DNA of 64,000 nt from an uncultured delta proteobacterium (lineage in GTDB: Bacteria; Myxococcota; Kuafuiibacteriia; Kuafuiibacteriales; Kuafuiibacteriaceae), in the NCBI GenBank assembly GCA_963803435.1, contig CAWDML010000001.1:1440001-1504000 (forward strand), in the 5' to 3' direction. Each line of letters starts with the position of its first letter. The stretch's first letter is position 1. Of the stretch, positions 1-10,173 are shown piece after piece. Position numbers and translations under genes: made by a program. Under the pieces are notes generated by a model. It did no database searches and had not been told where the DNA came from. It worked only from the letters and a program-made list of their open reading frames with translations.

Positions 1-467
1 AACGCCGCCTTTCGCAGCGCGCGCCGGTTGAAGTCGGGCATGATCTTCTCGCCCGAGTACGCCCCGTGATTCCCGCCGTTGGCGTAGAACTGTTTGAGAT
101 AGTCCTCCAGCTGGGCGTCGAAACCGTCGGGCTGGGCGTCGCCGCTCCGACCGAAGACGTAGATCGACTCGAGGAAGCGCTTGAGCGCCACGTTCTGCCA
201 CCCGAGCTGGTCGTACGCGATCTCCTGGCCGGCGTACGCCGCCAGGCTCAGGTGAAAGGCGAGCTTCCGCTCCCGCAGCGAGAGCTTGTCGAATCCGTCG
301 GCATAGATCTGGGCCAGGGCGATCTTGCCGTGGTTCATCCGATCGACCAGGTAGGTCCGCGCCTGCGGTGCCTCGAGCGCCGCGGGCGAGGCCTTGGCCG
401 GGGACGGGGCTCCGGCCATCACGGGAGTGCTGAGTGGGACTTCGGGCGGGGTGCCGATCGGTCTCAT
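1..467 (-). CDS. Dipeptidyl-peptidase III (peptidase M49 family), N-terminal part; runs off window start
   Basis: Not in the ORF track. Manual minus-strand translation from ATG at 467 gives ...IYADGFDKLSLRERKLAFHLSLAAYAGQEIAYDQLGWQN...YLKQFYANGGNHGAYSGEKIMPDF, which matches the bacterial DPP III N-terminal pattern (GFxxLxxxxKxLxxxLxxAAxxGxxIxxDQ ... NGxHxxYSxEKxxPxF). Confidence 0.8.
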   Translation of the reverse strand, partial: MRPIGTPPEVPLSTPVMAGAPSPAKASPAALEAPQARTYLVDRMNHGKIALAQIYADGFDKLSLRERKLAFHLSLAAYAGQEIAYDQLGWQNVALKRFLESIYVFGRSGDAQPDGFDAQLEDYLKQFYANGGNHGAYSGEKIMPDFNRRALRKAA

Positions 468-539
468 GCCGCGCTTATCGGCGCGACCTCCGCGGCGGGA
501 GCGCAGGAAACAGGCTCTTAACCGGGCGCTTCGAGCCCG

Positions 540-2145
540 TCAGGGGAGATAGGTGACGTTGAGGACGTAGTCGCCCGCCTGGCCTGCGATGCGGCCGTCG
601 ACCACCAGGTACTGCGTCCCGGCCGAGAGCCGGCGATCGAGGTGCGTGGGGTCGGAGGGGCGATAGTCGGTCGTCGCCGAGACGCCGCACTCGGTCTCGA
701 AGTAGAGCATGGCGCCCGCGTACAGCGGGATCAGATCGGCGACCACGCGGGTCTCGGCGGCCAGGTCGATGCGGTAGATGCTCTCCGGGCCGCGACCGTC
801 GCCGTTGCTGGCCACCAGCCGGTTGGTGCCCGAGGTCGTCCCCGAGAAGCTGCCGGTGCCGCCGATGGCGGGCGCCCCGAGACACGCGCTCCCGGGCGCC
901 GCGAAGCTCACCTCGAGATCGCCGGCGCCGGCGCTCGCATAGTCGATTCTCCTTGACCACCACGTAGTCACCCGCAGGCAAATCGAACTGGGGAGGCTCA
1001 TAGGCGAGCGCGGTGGTGGTGGTGTTACAGGACGCCAGCAGGTAGAGCGCACCAGCGCGTCCGGGCGTCTCGATCAGGACGTTGGTGGTGTCGGCGAGGC
1101 TCAACCGATGGAGCGCCTCGCGCGTCCCGATGCTGCCGCACTCGCCGAAGGCGTTCACCCAGCGCGGGTCCATCGGATCGATGGGGAAGGTCCCGCCGGC
1201 GGAGATGTCGGTCATCTCGCCGCACGCGGGGACCGGTGGATCGTCGATCGCGACCTCCAGCGAGGCGACCACGCCGTTCGCCTGAAACATGCTCCCCGCC
1301 TGCACCACCGCGAAGTGGCTCCCGGCGGTGACGCGCTGGCAGACCTCGCGACGCGCCGGATAGGAAGCGCAGAAGGTGCTGCTCCCGGCGCAGTAGCAGG
1401 CGTTCCAGGCCCCGCCGAAGGGCGGGCACGCGTCGTCGATGAACACGTTGTACTCGACCTCGGTGATCGACGGCATCATCGGATCGGGGACGGTCACCAC
1501 GAAGCGGGCCTCCTTGGCCGCGGTGGTGGTGAAGCTGAAGACGACGTCAGGGCCGCACGCCACCGTCCCGTAGTCGGCCGCGGCGCCCACGGTGGTGCTG
1601 TCGAACTGCCCGCCGGCCGAGACGTCGAGCGCGCTGGCGCAGGTGTCGTTCCCGAGGGCGCAGGCCGGATCGTAGGCGTCGATGAGCCCGTTGCAGTCGT
1701 CGTCCAGCATGTTGCCGCAGAGCTCGTCCGGGCCCGGGATCGCCGGGTTGGTGGCGTCGCAGTCGGGGCCGCCGCAGAGCGCGTCCCTGACCAGATCGTG
1801 GTCGCGATCGCAGGGATCGATGTTGTAGCAGGTGCCCTCGTAGCAGACGTCGCTGGTGCTCGGATCCTGATCGTCGCACTCGAGGTCCTGGGAGCAGGCC
1901 GCACCTCCGTCGACCTCGGCGTCGCTGGAGGCCACGTCAGGGGCGGTGGCGTCGGGGGGGGCGGTGGCGTCGGGGGCGGCGGCGTCGTCCTCTCCCGCGT
2001 CCGCGACGGAAGCGTCGTCGATCCGCGCGTCGCTGGCGGCGGCGGCGGCGTCGGCGTCGGCGCGCGCGCTGGCGTCGAGCGGATCGGCGGTCCCGCCCTG
2101 GCAGGCGAGCAGCGCCAGGCAGAGCAAGAGTAGGGGGCGCGGCAT
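540..2145 (-). CDS. Cys-rich secreted lipoprotein with a putative metal-binding (DCDxxxPxxxPGxxExC) motif and GNDTC-type repeat domains; +1 frameshift at ~945
   Basis: Signal/lipobox MPRPLLLLCLALLAC, DA-rich linker and DCDATNPAIPGPDELCGNMLDDDCNG. Coding sense moves from ORF 475..2211 to ORF 540..1052 at GATTC 945-949; removing one base gives YVVVKEIDYASAGAGDLEV. Confidence 0.7.
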
Positions 2146-2293
2146 TCCGCCCGTAGGTGGCGCACGAGGTCCGGCGCGTTGTACGACGTCTGCCCATCGG
2201 TCATCGGGCACGGCTTCACCGAGGCCCCGATCGTCATCGTCAAGGTCGCGGAGGACCGCCTGCTGGTGGTCGCGTCGAGGCGAACGCGGTCGG

Positions 2294-3445
2294 TCATCCT
2301 CCGGTCCCGATGATCGAGAGGTCTGCGCTCCAAGACCAGCTCGACCCCGGCACCGTCACCTCGAGGCTGCACAGACCGTCGCGGAGCAGGACCGCCGAGC
2401 CGTCGGGCGAGGATCCGTCGAAGGCACAGACGTCGGGGGTCAATGAGGTCAGGCGGAACCAGGAGAGCGGAGGATCGACGCAGAGCTGAGCGTCGCCGAC
2501 GGCAGCCCGAGAGACAACGAGCTTGATCCCCGTGGCGATACTGGACCGGTCGACCACGTCGCCACTCTGAAGCGGAGTCCACTCCGGCGACTTGGACCAG
2601 GGATGAATGGCGAAGCTCGCCTCGAGATCGGTGAGCTCGGCCGGCGAGACCGAACGGATGGCTTTCGGTCCTCGGGCCGGCAGGTCCTCGACCTCGAGCG
2701 ACACTTCACCCGGTTGGAAGACGAAGCTCGAATCCTCGAGACGAGTCATCCCGTTCGATGCCCGCACCGTGAGTGTGGCCGGCCGCTGCACGTTGCTGGC
2801 ATCGAAGGCCTCGCCGTCCGAATCGAAGAACCACATCAATGGCAAGTCGACGGGTGCCCCGGCCGGGACCACGATCCGCTCCGAGCAACCCGCCACCGGG
2901 TACTCGCCGTAGGTCGAGTAGAGCTCGACCCCCGCTGGCTCTTCCAGGACCAGCGTGAGGCGGTGTTCGAACGGAAGGGTCGCCGGCTTCGACCCGTCGA
3001 GGCTGCAACCGGAGCCCTCGCCCAGCGGTTGCCGGTAGTCACCGCGGATCGTGAAGGTCGCCGTGCCCGGCTCGCGAAGCTCGGCGAACAGGAGGCCATT
3101 CTCCGCTCGCAGCGACGCCGCAGAACCTCGACTCTCCACCACCGACAGCCACCTCAGGGAGCCCGTCTCCCTCAGCGAACAGGTCGCCACGAACGCCGGC
3201 GCCGACCCATCGAGAATGATCGACGCAGGGTAGCCCGGCCCGAGGGCGTAGGTGATCTCGTCTTCAAACCTCAACTCGCCCTCCTCGAAGTGACCCACGA
3301 GATACAGGCCATGCCGAGCGAGCGGCTCGAAGGGAAGCTCGAGGGAGGTCAACTCTGACGGTGGTGCGGTCGGCGGCAGCTCGAGCGGCACGAGGTCCCG
3401 CGTGCAGCCAGCAGAGGCTAGCAGCAGCAAGATGAGGCAGCGCAT
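2294..3445 (-). CDS. Hypothetical lipoprotein
   Basis: 383-aa ORF with lipoprotein signal MRCLILLLLASAGC and beta-rich composition; no family recognised. Confidence 0.65.
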   Translation of the reverse strand: MRCLILLLLASAGCTRDLVPLELPPTAPPSELTSLELPFEPLARHGLYLVGHFEEGELRFEDEITYALGPGYPASIILDGSAPAFVATCSLRETGSLRWLSVVESRGSAASLRAENGLLFAELREPGTATFTIRGDYRQPLGEGSGCSLDGSKPATLPFEHRLTLVLEEPAGVELYSTYGEYPVAGCSERIVVPAGAPVDLPLMWFFDSDGEAFDASNVQRPATLTVRASNGMTRLEDSSFVFQPGEVSLEVEDLPARGPKAIRSVSPAELTDLEASFAIHPWSKSPEWTPLQSGDVVDRSSIATGIKLVVSRAAVGDAQLCVDPPLSWFRLTSLTPDVCAFDGSSPDGSAVLLRDGLCSLEVTVPGSSWSWSADLSIIGTGG

Positions 3446-3520
3446 CGGTCATGAATACGTCGGGACGCGTGTGGCATCTACGCACATCGATGCAGGACAG
3501 TTGTGCAATAATGCACAGCT

Positions 3521-4403
3521 ATGAATTGGGACGATCTGAGGTTCGTGCTGGGCCTCTCCCGCGCGGGATCGCTCCTCCGCGCAGCCAAGGCGCTCGGAGT
3601 CGACCACACCACCGTCGGCCGCCGGGTCGAAGCCGCCGAGAACGCCCTGGGCGTCAAGCTCTTCACCCGAACCCGCGCCGGCTACCTACTCACCGGCGAC
3701 GGGGAGCGCTTGCTGGCGCGGCTCGAGTCGGTGGAAGCGGCCGTGCTTTCGGTGGAGCGCGGTGCGCAAGCGAACGACCGCCTCCTGGTCGGGAGCGTCA
3801 GGGTGACCTCCCCGGAGAGCTTTGGCGTCGCGTATCTCGCGCCCCGGCTCGCCCACTTCGGCCTCCAGCATCCGGGCCTCACCATCGAGCTCACCCCGAG
3901 CGGTGAGGTGCTCGACCTCGGCCGGCGACAAGCCGAGATCGCGATACGCACCTTCCGCTCCCGCCAAGACAACCTGGTCGCCCGGCGCGCCGCTGAGATC
4001 GCCTACGGACTCTACGCCTCGAACGACTACCTCGCTCGCCGCCCGGTGAAGTCTCCTGCCGATTCTGAGGCACCACCCGATACTCCTCAGCACGCCCGGG
4101 CCGCAGGTGGTCGAGGTGGTGTGGCTCAAGGCGCTGAACCCGGACGCGCGGCCGACCTTCGTGAGCGTCGTGTCGCTCGCGCTGGCCGCCGCCGCGAAGG
4201 CCTCGGCCGGCCTGGCTGTGCTCCCGCGCTATCTTGGCGATGGCGAGCCCAACCTGCGGCGGCTCGCGATGCCCGACCCTCCGTCCGAGACGATCTGGTT
4301 GACCGTGCACAAGGACCTGCGCCGGACCCCTCGCGTCCGAGTGCTCCTCGATTTCCTGGTCGCAGCGCTCCAGCAGGACCGAGCGCTGCTGCGAGGGAGA
4401 TGA
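3521..4403 (+). CDS. LysR-family transcriptional regulator; +1 frameshift at ~4063
   Basis: MNWDDLRFVLGLSRAGSLLRAAKALGVDHTTVGRRV HTH. The substrate-binding C-terminus (GLAVLPRYLGD...IWLTVHKDLRRTPRVRVLLDFL) is in ORF 4107..4403; the join is at GATTC 4061-4065. Confidence 0.9.
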
Positions 4404-4455
4404 TGGCCTTTGGGCTGGCCGACACCGCGAGCTCTCCGGAAGCTCCGGCAATGGC

Positions 4456-5766
4456 TCAGGTACCGGCCGCCGACACCGGGGCGGGCGGAGCGCTCTCCTT
4501 GCGACCGATCAAGCTCGCCTCCACGCGCAGCACCTTGCCGCGCCGCATGCGGATCACCTTGAAGCGCCACTTGCCGATGATGAACATCGCGCCCGTCCGC
4601 AGCTTGCCGCGGAGGAGATCGGCGGCGAGATCGTCGATGTCGTAGCGACCGTCGAGGTCGAGGTCGAGCTCCTCCGGGAGGAAATCGTCGGGGCGGACGT
4701 TGAGCGCGCTCGCGACCTCGCTCCAGAGCGTGCCGCCGCCGAACCGGTAGAGCCCCGGCTCGATCAGCTCGAGGTGCTCCGGGGATCAATCGTACTCGTC
4801 GTCGACCTCGCCCACGATCTCCTCGACCACGTCCTCGAACGTGACCATGCCGACGATGCGGTCGCCCTCACGGACCACGGCCACGTGCTCGTGCTTCATC
4901 GAGAAGAGGTGGAGCAACGCTGACACGTCGAGGTCCGGGCTCACCGAGATGGGCTCGCGCACGCCCTCGCCGAGGATGCGCTTGACGCCCTCCTCTTCCA
5001 CCTCGTCCGGATCGCTGACCATCCGCCAGAGCACCTCCTTGATGTTGACGATGCCGACGACGTCGTCGAGCCCGGTGCGGCACAGCAGCAAGCGCGAGTG
5101 CATCGAGCGCCGCGCCTTCACCATCAGCTCCTCTTCTTCCTCGGCCAGCGAGAGAAAGATGATGTCCTCCCGGTGGATCATGATCTGGCTGACCTGGATC
5201 CAGGGGAGCTCGGAGGCGGTCTCGATGATCATGTGCTCCTCGCGCCCCAGCTTCTTGGCCGACATGGCGAGGCGGGCCACGGCGCGGAGGTCGTCGAGCG
5301 AGACGCCGGTCGAGCGGCGGTCGCCGCCGAGGATGCGGGTGCCCCGCTCCACCAGCCAGGTCAGCGGTCGCATGATCCGGATCGTGAAGTTGAGAGGCCG
5401 CGCGATCAGCAGGCTGATGCGGAGCGAGTAGCGGACGCCCAGCGTCTTGGGGACGAGCTCGGACAGCACCAGCACGCCCGCGGTGAAGAGGGCGGTGAAG
5501 AGGCCGCGGTGCGCATCGCCGAACACGCGCTCGTATTCGCTGCCGACGACCGAGGCGCCGCCCGTATTCGCGATGGTGTTGATGATCAGGATGACCGCCA
5601 CCGGACGGTCGAGGGTCTCCTTCATCCGGGAGACCACCCTGGCGGCCTTGCTCTCCTCGGCCATCGCTCCCACGCGCGAGCGGCTCACGGAGAGGATGCT
5701 GGCTTCTGAGATCGAGCAGAGGAACGAAACCACGAAGACTATCAGCAGAGATAGCGCGAGTAACAT
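4456..5766 (-). CDS. CNNM/DUF21-CBS-CorC_HlyC (hemolysin-like Mg/Co transport-associated) protein with an in-frame TGA at 4786-4788
   Basis: DUF21 TM region (FLCSISEASILSV, SELVPKTLG) and CBS pair (GMVTFEDVVEEIVGEVDDEYD). The same frame stays open for 109 more codons (SPEHLELIEPGLYRFGGG...WRFKVIRMRRGKVLRVEA), resembling the C-terminal transporter-associated domain. Confidence 0.85.
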
Positions 5767-5787
5767 CAGTCGGGGCCGTGGATCCTA

Positions 5788-8347
5788 TCAGACATCGGCC
5801 CAGCGGATCACCTCGAGCTCGGCGGGAATGAGAACATCGTGGTGCCTGGGGATGACGCGCACGGTATAGCCGTACCGACCGCTGGTTTTGAAAGGAACGC
5901 GACAGGTGTACGAGTGCACGCCCTCCGCAAAGCCGACGTGGTCCATCGAGACCGTTGCGGCGTCGTGGATCTCGTCCCGGGCGTCGAGGGCCCCGTGATA
6001 GAGCTGGACGTCGATGTCGTCGGGTGAAAGCTCGCCCAAGCGCAATCGCGCATTGATCACGAAGGGCTGACCGATCCGGGCCTCCGAGCTCGAGGCGCTG
6101 ATGTCGAGCACACGCAGCTGATTCCAGCAGCCCTGCACTTTCTTCTTCCAATTGACGAGCTCCTCGGCGGTCGCGAGATCACCGCCCAGGCGGGCCCGGA
6201 TGCGGCGCGCGGTGGGTAGATAGAAGCGATCCACGTACTCGACCACCATGCGGTCCGTCGAGTAACGCGCCGTCAGCGTCTTCATCGACGCCTTCATCAT
6301 CCCGACCCACTCGTGCGAGACCCCTCGGCTGTCCCGCGCGTAGAAGACCGGGACGATCTGCGTCTCGAGCAGATCGTAGAGCGCGTTGGCCTCCACGGGG
6401 TCTCGTCCCGACTCCCAATCCTCGCCGTTGCCGATCGCCCAGCCCCGGCCCGGCCGATAGCCTTCGGCCCACCAGCCGTCGAGGATCGAGCAGTTGAGCC
6501 CGCCGTTCGGGACCACCTTCATCCCCGAGGTTCCGCTGGCCTCCTTGGGCCGCTGGGGGTTGTTGAGCCAGACGTCGACGCCGCGCACCAAGTGCTTGGC
6601 CACCGGGATCTCGTAGTCCTCGAGGAAGAGGATCGAGCGCGCGAACGTCTCGTCCTTCACCTTGGAGGCGATCTGCTTGATGAAGTCCTTCGCCGGCGCG
6701 TCCGCGGGGTGAGCCTTACCGGAGAAGATGAACTGCACCGGACGATCGGGGTTGGAGATCAGGCGCGCCAGCCGATCGGGATCCGAGAAGAGCAGCGTGG
6801 CGCGCTTGTACGTGGCGAAGCGCCGCGCGAAGCCGATGGTCAGCGCGTCCGGGTTGAGCGCGCGCTGGACGTCCTGGAGCTCGCGCTCCGGCGCGCCGCG
6901 ACGGAGGAGCTGCCACTGGAGGCGCTTCCGCACGTAGGTGACCAGCTGCTGGCGCATGTCGACGTGCGCGCGCCAGAGCTCCTCGTCGGGGATCTGATCG
7001 ATCATCTCCCAGGTCTTCTCGTTCGCGACCTCGTCGCGCCAGTTGGGGCCGAGATAGCGATCGAAGAGCTTCGCCATCTCCGGCGTGATCCACGTGCGCG
7101 TGTGGATCCCGTTGGTGACATGGTCGATCGGGACCTCGTCGAGCGGCCAATCGGTCCAGGCGCCGCCGTCCTGGACCAACCTGCGGCTCACCACGCCGTG
7201 CAGCTGGCTCACTCCGTTCCGCTGGACGGCGTGGCGGATCGCGAGGACGGCCATGTTGAGGGGCTCGCTCTCGTCGTTCGGGTTGCGCCGTCCCAGGCCC
7301 ATGAATTTGTCGACCGGCATGCCGAGCTTCCGGATGTACGCGCTCATGTGACGCTCGACGAGATCGCGCCCGAAGACGTCGAAGCCCGCGGGAACCGGAG
7401 TGTGCGTGGTGAAGATGCAGCCGTCGTCGACGATGTCGCGAGCGAGCTCGTAGCTCATCCCGCGCTCCGCCATCAAGAAGCGCACGCGCTCCACCGCGAG
7501 GAACCCGGCGTGTCCCTCGTTCATGTGGCAGACCACCGGTTCGCGCTTCATCGCCACCAGGGCCCGGAAGCCGCCGATGCCGAGCATCATCAGCTGCTGG
7601 ATCCGGAGCTCCACGCCGCCGCTGTAGAGCGCGCGCGTGATCGTCGCGATCCTGCTCGCTGTTCTCGACGACGTTGTGTCGAGCAGGAACAGCGGCACGC
7701 GGCCGACGTCGATCCGCCACACCTGCGCGTGCACGTCGCGGCCCGGGAACTCGACCGAGACGCGGACAGTGCTGCCGTCGGGGTGGCGCGCGCAGCGAGA
7801 TGGGCATGTTGTAGAAGTCGTTGGGCGGATACGTCTCCATCTGCCAGCCGTCCGCGTTGAGGTACTGGCGGAAGTAGCCCTCCTGGTAGAGGAGCCCGAT
7901 GCCCGCCAGCGGTACGCCCAGATCGCTGGCGCTCTTCAGGTGATCGCCGGCGAGAATGCCGAGACCGCCCGAGTAGATGGGGAGGCAGCCGGTGAGGCCG
8001 AACTCCGCGGAGAAGTAGGCGACGGTGATGTCCGCGTCTTCGACGCGCTCGGTCTGGAACCAGCGCGGCTCGACCTGATAGCGCGCCAGGAGCTCGCGCG
8101 CGCGGCCGAGGTGGGCCAGGAATCCGATGTCGGTGGCCAGCGTCTCGAGGCGGCGCTGATCCACCTGCCCGAGGAGCGCCACCGGGTTGTGGCCTGAGCG
8201 CTCCCAGAGATCCGGATCCACGCGGTGGAACAGCGAGGCGATCTCGGGCATCCAGTCCCAATAGATGTTGTAGGCCAGCCTCTCGAGCGCCTTGAGCGGT
8301 TCCGGGAGCACCGGCGTGACCTGGACCGTGCGCAGCTTGGGTCTCAT
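5788..8347 (-). CDS. glgP: Alpha-glucan (glycogen) phosphorylase; frameshift at ~7790 and a compensating indel pair at ~7672/7643
   Basis: AYFSAEFG, YSGGLGILAGDHLKSASDLG, HMNEGH, FTTHTPVPAG, FARRFATYKRA and PLP-site EASGTSGMK motifs, split between ORFs 6716..8362 and 5788..7734. Confidence 0.95.
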
Positions 8348-8408
8348 CGCCGGCGGGAACATTCACGACGGCGGTCTGCGGGTCAACCCCCGCCTCGAAC
8401 GCGCCCGG

Positions 8409-9098
8409 TCAGCACCCGTCGCCGCAGTGCAGCTCGTAGTCGTGGCACGAGCCCTCGTGGCCTTCCTCGCAGGAGCCGTGCAGCATCTGGCACCGATCCG
8501 CGCCGAAGCACTCCGGCGGAGTCTCCTCGCCGCCGCCCTCGGGCGCGCAATCGCCGTCGCAGTGGATCGCGTGGGCGTCGCACGAGTCGGCGTGGCCCTC
8601 CTCGCAGGAACCGTGCAGCATCTGGCAGCGATCGGCGCCGTAGCACTCCGGCGGAGTCTCCTCGCCGCCGCCCTCGGCCGCGCAATCGCCGTCGCAGTGG
8701 GCCGCGAACGCTTCACACGACTCGGCGTGCCCCTCCTCGCAGGATCCGTGCAGCATCTGGCAGCGATCGGCGCCGAAGCACTCGGGCGGGGTCTCCTCGC
8801 CGCCGCCGTTCATCTCGCCGGGGTGGTCGCCGCCCTCTTCACCGTCGCCGACCTGCCCGTCGTGGTGGTCGTCCTCCAGCGGATTCGATCCCTCGTCGAC
8901 CTCTTGTCCGTCTCCGACGCCGTCGTGATCGGAGTCGGCGTCGTTGGGATCGGTCCCGATCGCGCGCTCCTGAGCGTCCGTCAGCCCATCCTGATCCGAG
9001 TCCAGGTCCTTTGCCACGGCCAGATCCGACGGTTCGCACGCCACGGCCGCGACGCCGAACGAGAAGAGACCAACCAACAAGAGCATCCGCTTCGACAT
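8409..9098 (-). CDS. Lipoprotein with TSP3-like Ca-binding repeats and three Cys6/His3 tandem repeats
   Basis: Lipobox ...FGVAAVAC; DSDQDGLTDAQE...DADSDHDGVGDGQE; then 3x GGGEETPPECxGADRCQMLHGSCEEGHxxSCxxxxxHCxxxC. Confidence 0.8.
   Translation of the reverse strand: MSKRMLLLVGLFSFGVAAVACEPSDLAVAKDLDSDQDGLTDAQERAIGTDPNDADSDHDGVGDGQEVDEGSNPLEDDHHDGQVGDGEEGGDHPGEMNGGGEETPPECFGADRCQMLHGSCEEGHAESCEAFAAHCDGDCAAEGGGEETPPECYGADRCQMLHGSCEEGHADSCDAHAIHCDGDCAPEGGGEETPPECFGADRCQMLHGSCEEGHEGSCHDYELHCGDGC
8412..8808 (-). repeat. Coding tandem repeat, 3 copies, 135-bp period
   Basis: GTCTCCTCGCCGCCGCC recurs at 8521, 8656 and 8791. Confidence 0.95.
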
Positions 9099-9147
9099 GT
9101 CTGTCCTCCGGATGGTGTTGGTCGAAGACGCCGGCGTTTAAAAAACT

Positions 9148-10173
9148 TCAGTACCGGATCGCGACCGCGTCGACGAAGATCGTAGCGGCATCCCCCCAGG
9201 CGGCGGCCCGGATGCCGAACCCATCGATCGCGTCGCCGAACGGTGAGGCCGAGTAGAAGTCCACCGGCACCTCGAGCCGCTGCCAGGCGTCACCGCCGGA
9301 GAGCGCGAAGTAGCTGTACAAAGGATCGGGCTCGCCCGCGCCGCCGCGCAGGCTCACCTGCACGAACCCGATCCCGTGCGCGGGCGCGACGCGGACGAAC
9401 AGCTCGAGATAGGCGTCCGACCAGTCGGCGCTCAGTCCCTCCGGGATCGCCGCGCCCAGGTTCGAGACCGAGGCGGCGGTCACGGCCTGCGACTCGAACC
9501 ATAGGGCATCGGTCCCGCGGTAGGCCTGGGCGGCCGTCGCCGGATCGCGGAAGCCCTCCAGACCAACCTCCACGCCCAGCTCCTCGTCGAACAGACTCAA
9601 CGACTCGCCGAGCTCGTGGAGCGTGGTGCCGGATCCCTGCGCGATCGCGAGCTCGTCGCCGCCCTCGCGCACGCCGTACAGCTTCGCGTGGTACGTGGTC
9701 GCCGGCATGAGATCGAGCGCGCGCGTCCGCTCGACCACGCCCGGTCCGAGCGGCGACGTTCGATACGCGAGGTTGGGATCGTCGCTCTGATCCCAAGGCT
9801 CGGCCGCATCCACCTGATCCGCGCCGGTCGCCCATCGCAGCCGGTACGCGACCACGCCCGCCGGCACGCGCTCCCGGCTCCAGCGCCAGGTGATCTGGTG
9901 GGCCGTCACCTCGATCGCCTCGAGCACCTCGAGCTCGGTCCCGCCGTCCTCGTGCGGCGCATCGGCGACGCCCGTGTCCGGATCCTCTCGCCCTTCGGCG
10001 CCTGTGTCCTGCCCGCCGCCGGCGGCGTCGGCCTTCAGCGCTGCGTCCTCGAGCGCGCCCGTGTCCGGGTGACAGTCCGGGTAGCACTCGGTGAGCTCCC
10101 GATCGTTCGTCCACCGGCACGCCGCCGCCAGCGCCAGGGTGCTCAGCGCGAGGATGCGCGGGCTTGCCGCCAC
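9148..10173 (-). CDS. Lipoprotein with a fibronectin type III-like domain and a C-terminal beta-sandwich
   Basis: GTG start at 10173 overlaps the upstream gene end; RILALSTLALAAAC lipobox; VTAHQITWRW...YRLRW...LDLMPATTYHAKLYGV FN3 pattern. Confidence 0.7.
   Translation of the reverse strand: MAASPRILALSTLALAAACRWTNDRELTECYPDCHPDTGALEDAALKADAAGGGQDTGAEGREDPDTGVADAPHEDGGTELEVLEAIEVTAHQITWRWSRERVPAGVVAYRLRWATGADQVDAAEPWDQSDDPNLAYRTSPLGPGVVERTRALDLMPATTYHAKLYGVREGGDELAIAQGSGTTLHELGESLSLFDEELGVEVGLEGFRDPATAAQAYRGTDALWFESQAVTAASVSNLGAAIPEGLSADWSDAYLELFVRVAPAHGIGFVQVSLRGGAGEPDPLYSYFALSGGDAWQRLEVPVDFYSASPFGDAIDGFGIRAAAWGDAATIFVDAVAIRY

Noticed and set aside
4786-4788. Selenocysteine recoding of the CNNM TGA
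   Set aside because: The position is an inter-domain linker, not a redox Cys site, and a C>T change at CGATCG explains it more simply.
8412-8808. 135-bp periodic repeat as a CRISPR array
   Set aside because: Units are contiguous, in-frame coding repeats without unique spacers, and no cas genes are present.
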